In this document: positions 44,271-53,800 of the stretch, one piece after another
Numbering within the stretch: the first letter of the stretch is position 1
How the letters are laid out: every line of letters starts with the position of its first letter
Source: an uncultured cyanobacterium
Lineage (GTDB): Bacteria; Cyanobacteriota; Cyanobacteriia; Cyanobacteriales; Nostocaceae
DNA length: 64,000 bases
Reading direction: 5' to 3'
Assembly (NCBI GenBank): GCA_963706595.1
Contig: OY970166.1
Coordinates: forward strand, 2,656,001-2,720,000
Notes under the pieces: model-generated
What the model saw: the letters and a program-made list of their open reading frames with translations, nothing else
What the model was told of the DNA's origin: nothing
Databases searched by the model: none
Translations under genes and position numbers: made by a program

Positions 44271-47257
44271 GTGAATAAAATAGCAACAAATCTAGACCTA
44301 GCCAATGTAGATTATACTGATTTATTAACAAAAATTTTATTGGTATTACAGAAACCAAATCAGAAAATATTTAAACTTTCTGATGATAAAAAACGGTTAC
44401 GAATCAATATTAATCAGGTAGCTAGTGAAGTTGCTAATTTACAGGTAGAAAATCCTTTGGGAGCATCTTCTAACAGCGTGCGTTCTGCTACTGTAAATAT
44501 TAGCCCAGGTTCTGAAGAAAACTTTCGGACTCAAATTCATGCAATTAAAGATTGTGTTCAGAAAATATTAAAATCATCATTAGTAAATAATCAATCAATA
44601 GAGGAATTTATTAGCAATCTAATTACAGATTTGCAGACATTCAAAGGAACAACAGCTAAATTAGACTTTACTTATCCTTTTAAACCTTATGACAATCTGC
44701 AAAAGCAACGGTTAACATTTAATAAAAAAAATCCTGAAAACAGAGAATTGCTAAAAGTTCATAAACTAACTATTTCTGTCCAGAAAACCCGTAATTTTGA
44801 TGCAGAATTGCGAAAGGGGTTAGAAAATTATATTCGGATTAAATTTGCAGGTGCAAATGCTGAAGACAAACAGGACGTAGAATACATTCTTGAAGATTTA
44901 GAAAAAGATCAAAATTCCGACCTTTTCCGGTTACGAGATATTGTCAACAAAGAAACATTAGGGAAACTCAAGAAACAAGCACAGATAAATTATTTAGAGT
45001 TTCTCCTAGAAAATATTAACACTAAGACTAGCAACCTAAATACCGCAGGTGCTATATATTTACAAGATTTGATTAGAAGACTAAGACTTATAGAAGAATA
45101 TATTAATGATAGTAACAAAGCTGATGGTGATTACCTCGTCAACTATGCAGGTGCTGAAGTTAATTATAAAGATGTCTTTTCTCGTGGTGAAGCATTTAAT
45201 ATGCTCCCAATTATTCCCATAGTAGAAGGTTTTTTAGGAGAAACAAAAGATGAAAATCGGGGAGAAATTCAATTTGTATTTGGACTCAAATTGAAATTTG
45301 ATGGAAAAGTTCATACTGACGGTGGTAAAAGCGTTTTTGAATCTCGTCTCAATATCCTGAACCCAGATAGTAAAGAACATCAAGATGCACTTGAAGATCC
45401 TTTACAACGAGAATCATTTGCAAAAAAAGTCTTAAGAATAGCGTTTTTGTATTACTTTCTATTTGAGTCACGTCAAGATCCAAAAAAAGATGACTACAAC
45501 TCAAATGATGAATTAAAATATGATCCTATAGCAGGATTTGAACAAGGAGTAATATCAATCCTGAAAGGTTCTGATGATACAGCCAAACAGGAATTATTAC
45601 GGAAAATTATACAAGATTTTACTGAATTTAATGTTCAGTTTAAAATCAATCGTCTCAAAGGTGTGCTGCAAAATCTCCTGAAGCGCAAAACTTCTTTCCC
45701 TACAAGAGAGTATCCTGTACATATTTCTGTAAAAAACGGCATCCTTGAAGAAGATACCCGGAATATTTTTAATAACAATACTTTTTTCAAACCTGTTCTC
45801 AAAAAAAATCCTAAAGAAGTTTTAAAATACATATCTCTCGGAAAACCAAATACAGAAACAAATTCTCTTTGTACCCTACCAGCTAACGTTACTATTAATG
45901 ACATTCACTTTTTTGCTACAGATGATCAAGAAACCTTTAACATGGAATATGATTTAACTGGTATTCGTACATTACCAGTGATTTTTGCCCCTTTAAAGGA
46001 TCAGAGATGTTTAAAAATTTACACTCAACATTTCACAAACCGGCAATTTTTATTATTTCCCTATCGTTTAGAAGAGCAAAAACTAGAAACTTCTCAGGCT
46101 TTTGTTTATAAATTTACTTATGGTTTGCTTGCTTATATCTGTCTCAAACTTTTATTAGACAAGCAAAAAAGATTATTCATTCCCATTTTAAGATTACATC
46201 TGCATGGTAAAGATGATGATGCACCGATAGAAAAATTTATAGTTTCTTTATCTGCTGTATTATCTCATTTATTCAACGAAACACATCGTGCTAATTACCA
46301 GGGATTTGATATTAGAGAGTTTGGATATAAAATTGCTAATACCATGAGTTCTTTATACTCTGTTTTACCCAAAAAGTTCACTTTTAATAGTTCTTTAAAA
46401 TCTCCCCAATTAGACAAACTAGCCATTATTATTGTCTCCAGTCGTGAAAGTGATCGGGGGTGGAGTGGTTCTGGAAAAATCTCAAACTTAATGGGAGAAA
46501 TTATCGGTGTAACCCTGAAAGATAATGCTGTAAAATTCCAGTTACCTACAACTTTTTCTGACAACTATAACGACCAACAAATGTTTAAAGAACCTAGCAT
46601 TATTATTGATAAAGTGACTGAACTTTATAAGTTAGGATTCAAGCATATTGTCTATATTGCGAAAGCACCTTATACCAGCACATGACACAGACAGAAGATG
46701 ATGGTCTTTTCTTCATGTCAAGAGATGTAATTAGAGGGTTAAAATCTGAATATCGTGATATCAAAATCTATCCCATGTTTTTTGATAAATACTATGCAGT
46801 TAAACTAGAAAATATTCAAGCAAGTTCTTTGTACATTCAAGATACAGCAGAACTAACAAATTTACTCGAAGATCCTAGCAAAAGATCGGTTGTATTTTTC
46901 AACCTTTTTAATGGAATGAAGGTAGGTAAAGAAGAAGAAAGATATTACAGAGGTGTGATTTCTTATGCGACGCTGTTAAATATTTATCAAGGAATTCTTG
47001 ACGATGAAGATATTGACAAAGGACTTATTTTTGACGGTTCATTAAAAAATGATATCTTACAGTATTTGACTTTATTTCACTTCTCCCGCTACCAAAAAGC
47101 CGACAAACAAATTCATATTAAACTAGATCCCTACGACAATTTGATTGGAGATAAATCCGTTGGTAAACTTTCTTTAATTAATCATTTTAAAGGAAAAGGA
47201 GTATTTAACTCTTTAGCATTTTTAACTTTGGTAAGAACAATTTTAAACGCAGAGTAA
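44271..47257 (+). CDS. Large hypothetical protein, putative divergent MID-PIWI (Argonaute-like); two ORFs joined at an ATGA overlap (46682-46685)
   Basis: ORFs of 804 and 191 aa; the C-terminal strand/helix pattern matches PIWI topology by eye; function is inferred. Confidence 0.5.
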
Positions 47258-47320
47258 CCCACAGGAACTCTTATATATTTAAACCTACATGGAGATTAAA
47301 ATGAAATCCAAAATAGACAC

Positions 47321-47399
47321 GTAGGGTGCGTTAGCGGTAGCGTAACGCACCAAAACTTTAATAATAGTGCGTTACGGATTTTATCCTAACGCACCCTAC
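47321..47399. repeat. GTAG-type REP doublet
   Basis: GTAGGGTGCGTTA...TAACGCACCCTAC; relatives at ~59179-59213 and ~60734-60813. Confidence 0.75.
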
Positions 47400-47505
47400 T
47401 GGTGTGACAAGCTTAAAATAGTGCATTAGGTAAAAGCAGAAAACATTGATTTATCTCAATTTTCTCAAAAATCTATTGCAACATTTTAGCCTTGTCACGC
47501 CACTA
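47398..47505. mobile_element. ~108-bp MITE
   Basis: Imperfect 22-bp TIR ACTGGTGTGACAAGCTTAAAAT / ATTTTAGCCTTGTCACGCCACT, flanked by TA. Confidence 0.65.
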
Positions 47506-47526
47506 CAATAATATATGGAGGTTAAT

Positions 47527-50500
47527 ATGAAATCCAAAATAGCCGAAGATTTAGGCCGTTTGTTTGAAGTAGGTTTTAATATTGGGGTTCTTGCTTACAT
47601 TGAAGAACATAAAATTAAACACAAATTTGGTGATTTATATCGTCAGGAATTGGAACAGTTAAAGTTATCAAAAATTCAGCAGCGAGTGGTTGATAAATTT
47701 ATCAGCACTGTCCAAAAAGATATGGCTAAAAATTGGAGTATATTTTTTATTCAAAAGGGTTTTTTAAGTGGTTTTAATTTCTTTCGAGAATACATCAAAT
47801 CTACAGGTTGGGATAAACCACATAAATTACCAAATGTGGAAATACTATATTATCAATGTCGGTTTAATGGTGATAATAGTATTGGTACTTATGACACCAA
47901 AGATGATTGTCAGTGGTTTAGTGAAGTATTATCTCAATTTGAGAATTTAGATAATATCCCTCAATATATGACAAGGTATAAGAAAAAAGGCGAATTTCTC
48001 AACGCAGATACTTTGATTTTATTACGTCATAGAAAAGAGTATCGAGTTATTTGTGTTGATTTGTCAGTGTTTTCTATCAACTCTAATGAAGATGTTGAAG
48101 ATATTGATTATATAGAAATTATCCGCAGGTTATTAATGCGGGATATTAGCTATTTACGTTCAAAAAGCTTCTTTTCTAATCTTCGTATTGATACTGAATC
48201 TTTAGGTTTAGAATTTTCAGAAGGTTTAAAGACATACTTTACTGCTTTTAAATATAGAGATAAAGAAAGTACCAAATCAATTCAAGCTGCTTCTTATCTC
48301 CATAGTTTCGATGAATTTCTCCAAAAAACCGCTATTCTCCCAGATACAGCCAATGTGGTCTTTAATTCCATAGGATATAGCGATCGCGGAATTAGCACAA
48401 TATCTATTCAACGGAAAAATGTAGATATTTTGAAAACCTGCTATCAAATTTATAAACATGATTCCAGTCCTCAAGAAATTCCCCAAGCACGTAAGGAGGT
48501 TTTAAATAAAATTAAAAGCAGTGCTAACCGGAGTTTTGAACGTGGTAAAGATTTTGTTGATTCGCTTTTAGCAATTCCTGCTGATAAGATTACCCTTTTA
48601 CCTCGTCATACAGAGAAAATTACTGGATTCATGAATTCTGTGGGACAAGTTCCTTCAGAATTGATGAAAGAATTAGGGTTAACTGGAAGCATGAAATTAA
48701 GAGATGCTCATGCTGAATTAATTAAAAAAGCTCTAGTTTCTCCATCTACTTATATATTCTTAACTGGAAATCCCGGAATTGGTAAAACCACCGCAATTGT
48801 TGATTTTTTGAAAGCACATATAGATGAAGGTTTTCTCTTCTTTTATGTCAGTCCTCGCAAACAAGTTAATCTGGATATTATCGAAAAATTTAAAGATAAA
48901 AATACGGGAAAATTATCTGATAACAAGTTATTAGCTATAAACACCAATAGCAACATCATGACAGATAACCCTGGACGTTACACAGTTCAATACACCTCTA
49001 ACCAACGTCAAGGAAAATTTAGGGAAAAAGCTGTTGACTTTCTCGATAGTAGAGATATTGAACAAAAAGCCAAACGTTCGGACAGACTCAAGCGAACAAA
49101 AGAAGATGTAATTCAAGATATTGGACAAAAAAAGCTGGGTGTTTTAAATAGTATTTGTGAAGCTATATCCACAATTATAGAACGAAAAACTTCAAATAAT
49201 ATTATAGCTACTGCTTCTATTCAAGCCTTAAAAATGACTGATGCTGGTAACACATTAAAGCATTTTGATAAAATATTTAGAAATGCTTACAATACCCCAG
49301 AAGGTAAAGTTTTACCTCAAAAAATGCAAGAAATATCTGGGAGAATTAAACACTTATTTATCATGATTGATGAAATTACAGGTGATGATGGAGGTGTGGA
49401 GTTCTTAAATGGAATTCATCAGATAATAGAGAAGTATCAATTAATGGATTCTCAGCATGGTTTTAATACTAAAGTAATTGTTGCTGATGCTTCTATTGTT
49501 GATAAAAATGTGATTATTCAACATCTATCTGATACCTCCCCAGAACCAGATAAAATATATTTCCGTCGCGCTGTAGATATTGCTGAACCTCTTTCTATTC
49601 AGTCATTAATCTTTAAAGGTTTAGAATCAACTGTTATTAATACAAACTCCTACCCAGCTAATAGTTTATCTATAAGTTATCAAGTATTAGTTGAATCTTG
49701 TAAATTTAGTGAAGAAGCGGGATTAAAGCAAAAATATAATTTACAATCTGGGTTACAAACTGAGATTTTAAAAGATATTGAATCTCTCCTTCATCGGTCA
49801 GATGTTGAACAAGTAATAGTTTATATTCAAAACAAACGCAAATTAGCAGAATTGATTGATAAAATTCAGCAACACCGAGGAAAATTTGAGAAATTTACAG
49901 ATTATTTAGAAATTCATGCAAATATTTCTGAAGATGAAAAGAAAGAAATTCAAAAATTTCAAGAAAATGTCAAAGTCATTTTTATGACTGCTTCAGGAAG
50001 TCGCGGTTTATCTTTTCCTAAAGCTAAACATATTTTGGTAGAAATTCCCAAATTTGAAATTGAAAAAAACCTGATGGAAATAATCCAGGTTATTTATAGA
50101 GGTCGAGGAAATGAGAATATAGATAATCAGGATAAAGAACTAATTTTTTACTTAGCAGAACGAGCAGTTTATTATCAAGATGACCCAGAAATATCTTTAC
50201 AAGAAAGTGTGTTGAGTCTGTTAAATATATTATTGATTTTAAAAGCTTCTATCATGACCAGAATTTTTGGTTATGGTCGCATAGGTCGGGATAATTTTAT
50301 TCTGATTCCTATCGGTGGAAAATCTATTTTTGCTGCTGGGGAGACATTTTCCGCTCAAATGGTCAGCCTTATTCGTCAATTAAAAACAGAATCTCAGTAC
50401 AAGAAAAGTGATATTTTGTTGAAACAAGTTTATACAAACTTAGAAAACCTATTAGGACGTGCAGATTTTGTGATTCAAAATGCAACGGAATCTAATTATT

Positions 50501-51138
50501 TAGCACTAAGGGAATCTTTTAACAACAAGTTTGCAGAAATTTCTCATACTCTAGATAAGTTACTAGATTTTGGTAAAATTGAACCTGGTTACATTAGTGG
50601 AGGTTTATTAGTAGTTCCTATTGCTAATAATAAGTTAGAAGAAACTTATCAAATGCGACTAGCTGATATCACAAGCTACGCTAATGAGGAACTATGGAAA
50701 AATATGCACGAAATTATCCGTCGTAAATCTGCTTATCCAGAAAATTTACGATTTGCGATTAAAGATGCTATAGAATTAGTAAAAAAGTTAAGAGACGGAA
50801 TAGAAAAAACACAAAAACTTGAACAGACTAGTCAACACACGGATCAATATTACGCTTTACCATTATTTGCGTTTATTAGCGGTGAAGTCATGCAAGAATA
50901 CTTTGAGAGTAAACCAGAAGAACCAGAAGATCAGCGTTTTAAAGATATTCTATCTACATATATTCGTTCATTATACCCAGTCGGTAATATTTTACCCATA
51001 GGCCATAATTATCAAGAATTTCCCTTTGTCGTGTTTAGAAGTTATAGCTTAGAAGAAATTAGAAATAAGTTGTTTACAGAAAAATATCTGTTAAATTCTC
51101 AGGAATTAAATGTCCTCAATTTGATTCTTTCTTGTTAA
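47527..51138 (+). CDS. SF2 helicase with a ~380-aa uncharacterised (possibly nuclease) N-terminal domain
   Basis: GNPGIGKTT (I), YVSPRK (Ia), IMIDEITG (II), DAS (III), VYIQNK (IV), TASGSRGLSFP (V), QVIYRGRG (VI); GGAGG RBS before ATG 47527. Confidence 0.8.
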   Translation: MKSKIAEDLGRLFEVGFNIGVLAYIEEHKIKHKFGDLYRQELEQLKLSKIQQRVVDKFISTVQKDMAKNWSIFFIQKGFLSGFNFFREYIKSTGWDKPHKLPNVEILYYQCRFNGDNSIGTYDTKDDCQWFSEVLSQFENLDNIPQYMTRYKKKGEFLNADTLILLRHRKEYRVICVDLSVFSINSNEDVEDIDYIEIIRRLLMRDISYLRSKSFFSNLRIDTESLGLEFSEGLKTYFTAFKYRDKESTKSIQAASYLHSFDEFLQKTAILPDTANVVFNSIGYSDRGISTISIQRKNVDILKTCYQIYKHDSSPQEIPQARKEVLNKIKSSANRSFERGKDFVDSLLAIPADKITLLPRHTEKITGFMNSVGQVPSELMKELGLTGSMKLRDAHAELIKKALVSPSTYIFLTGNPGIGKTTAIVDFLKAHIDEGFLFFYVSPRKQVNLDIIEKFKDKNTGKLSDNKLLAINTNSNIMTDNPGRYTVQYTSNQRQGKFREKAVDFLDSRDIEQKAKRSDRLKRTKEDVIQDIGQKKLGVLNSICEAISTIIERKTSNNIIATASIQALKMTDAGNTLKHFDKIFRNAYNTPEGKVLPQKMQEISGRIKHLFIMIDEITGDDGGVEFLNGIHQIIEKYQLMDSQHGFNTKVIVADASIVDKNVIIQHLSDTSPEPDKIYFRRAVDIAEPLSIQSLIFKGLESTVINTNSYPANSLSISYQVLVESCKFSEEAGLKQKYNLQSGLQTEILKDIESLLHRSDVEQVIVYIQNKRKLAELIDKIQQHRGKFEKFTDYLEIHANISEDEKKEIQKFQENVKVIFMTASGSRGLSFPKAKHILVEIPKFEIEKNLMEIIQVIYRGRGNENIDNQDKELIFYLAERAVYYQDDPEISLQESVLSLLNILLILKASIMTRIFGYGRIGRDNFILIPIGGKSIFAAGETFSAQMVSLIRQLKTESQYKKSDILLKQVYTNLENLLGRADFVIQNATESNYLALRESFNNKFAEISHTLDKLLDFGKIEPGYISGGLLVVPIANNKLEETYQMRLADITSYANEELWKNMHEIIRRKSAYPENLRFAIKDAIELVKKLRDGIEKTQKLEQTSQHTDQYYALPLFAFISGEVMQEYFESKPEEPEDQRFKDILSTYIRSLYPVGNILPIGHNYQEFPFVVFRSYSLEEIRNKLFTEKYLLNSQELNVLNLILSC

Positions 51139-51262
51139 AGATTTTCTCGCATTTAAAGAGGTGAAAGCTATTGACACCGACCAGAAAGTTTGTCATAATA
51201 TAATTGACGAGGAAGAACTATCTTATATGTATAAGTATAGCTTGACAAAGCTGCAAAACTTT

Positions 51263-51289
51263 ATCTAGGGGTTACTTATACCCCTAGAT
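51263..51289. terminator. Hairpin between the convergent helicase and trpE genes
   Basis: ATCTAGGGGT...ACCCCTAGAT stem. Confidence 0.65.
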
Positions 51290-51296
51290 GTAGACT

Positions 51297-52811
51297 TCAT
51301 CGCAAACAACGAATTGCGATTAACAGCCCTCGCGCCTTATTCAAAGTCTCCTCATATTCCTTCTCAGGTTCAGAATCAGCCACCAAACCTGCACCAGCTT
51401 GGACAGTTACAGTATTATTCTGCAATACCATTGTGCGAATGGCGATCGCACTATTCAATTGTCCTTCAAAATCATAATAACCATAGACACCAGAATAAAC
51501 ACCCCGGCGAGTCGGTTCTAACTCATTGATAATTTCCATCGCCCGAATTTTAGGCGCACCACTCACAGTTCCCGCAGGAAAACAAGCTTTGAGTAAATCC
51601 CAAGCCGTTTTATCTGGTGCTAACTTACCCACCACATTACTCACAATGTGCATCACATGAGAATAACGCTCAACGATCATTAATTCATCAACTTTGACAC
51701 TACCACTTTCACAAACCCGCCCCAAATCGTTCCGCCCTAAATCAACCAACATCACGTGTTCCGCAGTTTCCTTGGGGTCTTGGAGTAAATCCTCTGCAAA
51801 GGCTGCATCCTCCTTCGTGGTTTTACCCCGTGGACGTGTTCCCGCAATGGGGCGGACTGTGGCTAATACCCCACCATCTCCATCCCGTTCGGCTTTGACC
51901 ATTACCTCTGGACTGGAACCGATAATTTGCCAATCTTGGAAGTTAAAGAAAGCCATGTAAGGCGAAGGATTTATCTGGCGCAGGGAACGATAAAGCGCAA
52001 AGGGGTCGCCTGTATATTCTGTTGATAAACGCTGGGAAATTACTACTTGGAAAATATCACCAGCTTTAATATATTCTTTAGCCTTTTCCACACTGGCGCA
52101 AAATTCTGGGCGAGTGAAGTTGCTGGTATATTCCTCTATTCCCCCGACATTCTGCGTTCCTGGGGGAGTCCATTCTAAAATAGTTTTTTGTGGTGATACT
52201 GGTAAAGATAACTTACACAGCATCTGGGTAACGCGATCGCACGCTTGTTCATAAGCCTGTTGCAAATTCACTTCTGGATCACGTAAATCTGCATAGGCGA
52301 TCGCCCAAATTTTCCGCTTCACCTGGTCAAAAATCAACAGGTGGTCTACCTGCATCCATAATCCATCAGGGATATTACGCTCATCTTGTGGATGAATTGG
52401 CACACGTGGCTCAATCCAGCGAATCAATTCATAGCCCCAAAATCCAAACAATCCGCCAATTCCTGGTGGTAGTTGGGGTAAAGTAACCGGTTTAAAAGGT
52501 TCCAGACATTCGGCTAAAGCTGTAAACGGGTCGCCTGCAAAAACAACTTCTGAACCGTCTCGATGTGTCTGAGTTGTAGTGTCACCCCTTGCGGATAAAA
52601 TCCATAGGGGATTGCAACCCAATAAACTATAACGTCCGATTTTTTCCCCGCCTTCCACCGATTCCAGCAAAAAACTATAAGGCTGACCAGCACAAACTTT
52701 ATACCAAGCTGACACAGGCGTATCTAGGTCTGCGACCCATTCTTGATACACTGGCACAAAATTACCTTGTAAAGCTAGCTGCGAAAAATCAGAAAAATCG
52801 GGAAACATCAT
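51297..52811 (-). CDS. trpE: Anthranilate synthase component I
   Basis: LLESVEGG, NPSPYM, PIAGT and EHVMLVDLGRND motifs. Confidence 0.95.
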   Translation of the reverse strand: MMFPDFSDFSQLALQGNFVPVYQEWVADLDTPVSAWYKVCAGQPYSFLLESVEGGEKIGRYSLLGCNPLWILSARGDTTTQTHRDGSEVVFAGDPFTALAECLEPFKPVTLPQLPPGIGGLFGFWGYELIRWIEPRVPIHPQDERNIPDGLWMQVDHLLIFDQVKRKIWAIAYADLRDPEVNLQQAYEQACDRVTQMLCKLSLPVSPQKTILEWTPPGTQNVGGIEEYTSNFTRPEFCASVEKAKEYIKAGDIFQVVISQRLSTEYTGDPFALYRSLRQINPSPYMAFFNFQDWQIIGSSPEVMVKAERDGDGGVLATVRPIAGTRPRGKTTKEDAAFAEDLLQDPKETAEHVMLVDLGRNDLGRVCESGSVKVDELMIVERYSHVMHIVSNVVGKLAPDKTAWDLLKACFPAGTVSGAPKIRAMEIINELEPTRRGVYSGVYGYYDFEGQLNSAIAIRTMVLQNNTVTVQAGAGLVADSEPEKEYEETLNKARGLLIAIRCLR

Positions 52812-52949
52812 AGGATTTAGGGAATGGGGAAATTAGAGAATGGGGAATGGGGAAATTAGAGAAGGGAAAATGGAAAATTGGGTATCAAATTTGTCCCCTT
52901 CCTTTCGCTACTCCCTACTCCCTACTCCCTACTCCCCACTTTCTAGCGT

Positions 52950-53369
52950 CTAAGCATCGTGGGTAGCTTTACCACTAAACTTAAGTTTTGCGGGACTGGG
53001 GTTTTCCCCAATGCTACGAGGTACATGACGTACTTTTTCGCGTCCTGCGTTCACTTTTTCTGGGAAGACACCATCAGCCGGGTGAATGAAAGTGGTTTCT
53101 CCAGAGGGTAAAATCCGGTAAATTTTGTAATCTGTGATTTTAAATTTACGGAGTTGACCGCCCAATGCGATACCATATTCTTTACGCGCTATGTATAGCA
53201 GGTTTTCGCCTTTGAGCATAGTGGCCGAACCACCTGTAGGCATTTCAAAAACTTGCTCTTTGGGGCTTGTCCAAGTGATAGCGTACTTTTCTTCTTCTTT
53301 TGCTTTGGTCAGCAAACCGCCAGTGCTGCCACCAAATAGCGGAGTTTGTCCAGAAAGTGTTTCTGCCAT
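52950..53369 (-). CDS. psaD: Photosystem I subunit II
   Basis: [16 protein letters not shown] and [12 protein letters not shown] motifs. Confidence 0.97.
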   Translation of the reverse strand: MAETLSGQTPLFGGSTGGLLTKAKEEEKYAITWTSPKEQVFEMPTGGSATMLKGENLLYIARKEYGIALGGQLRKFKITDYKIYRILPSGETTFIHPADGVFPEKVNAGREKVRHVPRSIGENPSPAKLKFSGKATHDA

Positions 53370-53513
53370 AAAGGTGTCTCTCTCTCAACGTTTTTACGGC
53401 ATCCTAACACTGCCAACATGATCTTATGGCGATCGCGTCATAGACTGTAACAGTTTTTAGTCATTAGACTTATCTGAAAACAGCGTGCTTCTATTGGTGG
53501 TTGCGGGTTCGAG

Positions 53514-53720
53514 TCATATACTACAAACATTAACGGCGGTCGGGCCTTTTTGTCCGTCTTGAATCTCGAACTCGACTGCTTGACCTTCGGCAAGGGTCTT
53601 AAAGCCATTGTCTTGTATGGCAGAAAAATGTACGAAAACGTCTTTACTGCCATCTGCTGGTGTGATGAAGCCAAACCCTTTGGATTCATTAAACCATTTT
53701 ACGTGTCCTTTCATTTTCAT
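53514..53720 (-). CDS. cspC: Cold-shock domain protein, enterobacterial CspC-like (alternative start at 53747)
   Basis: [29 protein letters not shown] with RNP1 and RNP2 motifs. Confidence 0.88.
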   Translation of the reverse strand: MKMKGHVKWFNESKGFGFITPADGSKDVFVHFSAIQDNGFKTLAEGQAVEFEIQDGQKGPTAVNVCSI

Positions 53721-53762
53721 CTGAACTGCGGATGATGGTGCGCTCATGATTATAACAAGCAC

Positions 53763-53791
53763 AAGTATCTATTTCTTGATAGTAGATACTT
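53763..53791 (-). terminator. Hairpin downstream of the DICT kinase gene
   Basis: AAGTATCTA...TAGATACTT inverted repeat. Confidence 0.55.
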
Positions 53792-53800
53792 AATCCTGAA

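Noticed and set aside
44271..51138. Island as type I/III R-M, Cas3, BREX or DISARM
   Set aside because: No methyltransferase motifs, HD domain, CRISPR array or accessory genes of those systems
53497..53516. tRNA T-arm-like GGTTGCGGGTTCGAGTC next to the csp stop codon
   Set aside because: No acceptor, D or anticodon arms; too short to call a tRNA or att site
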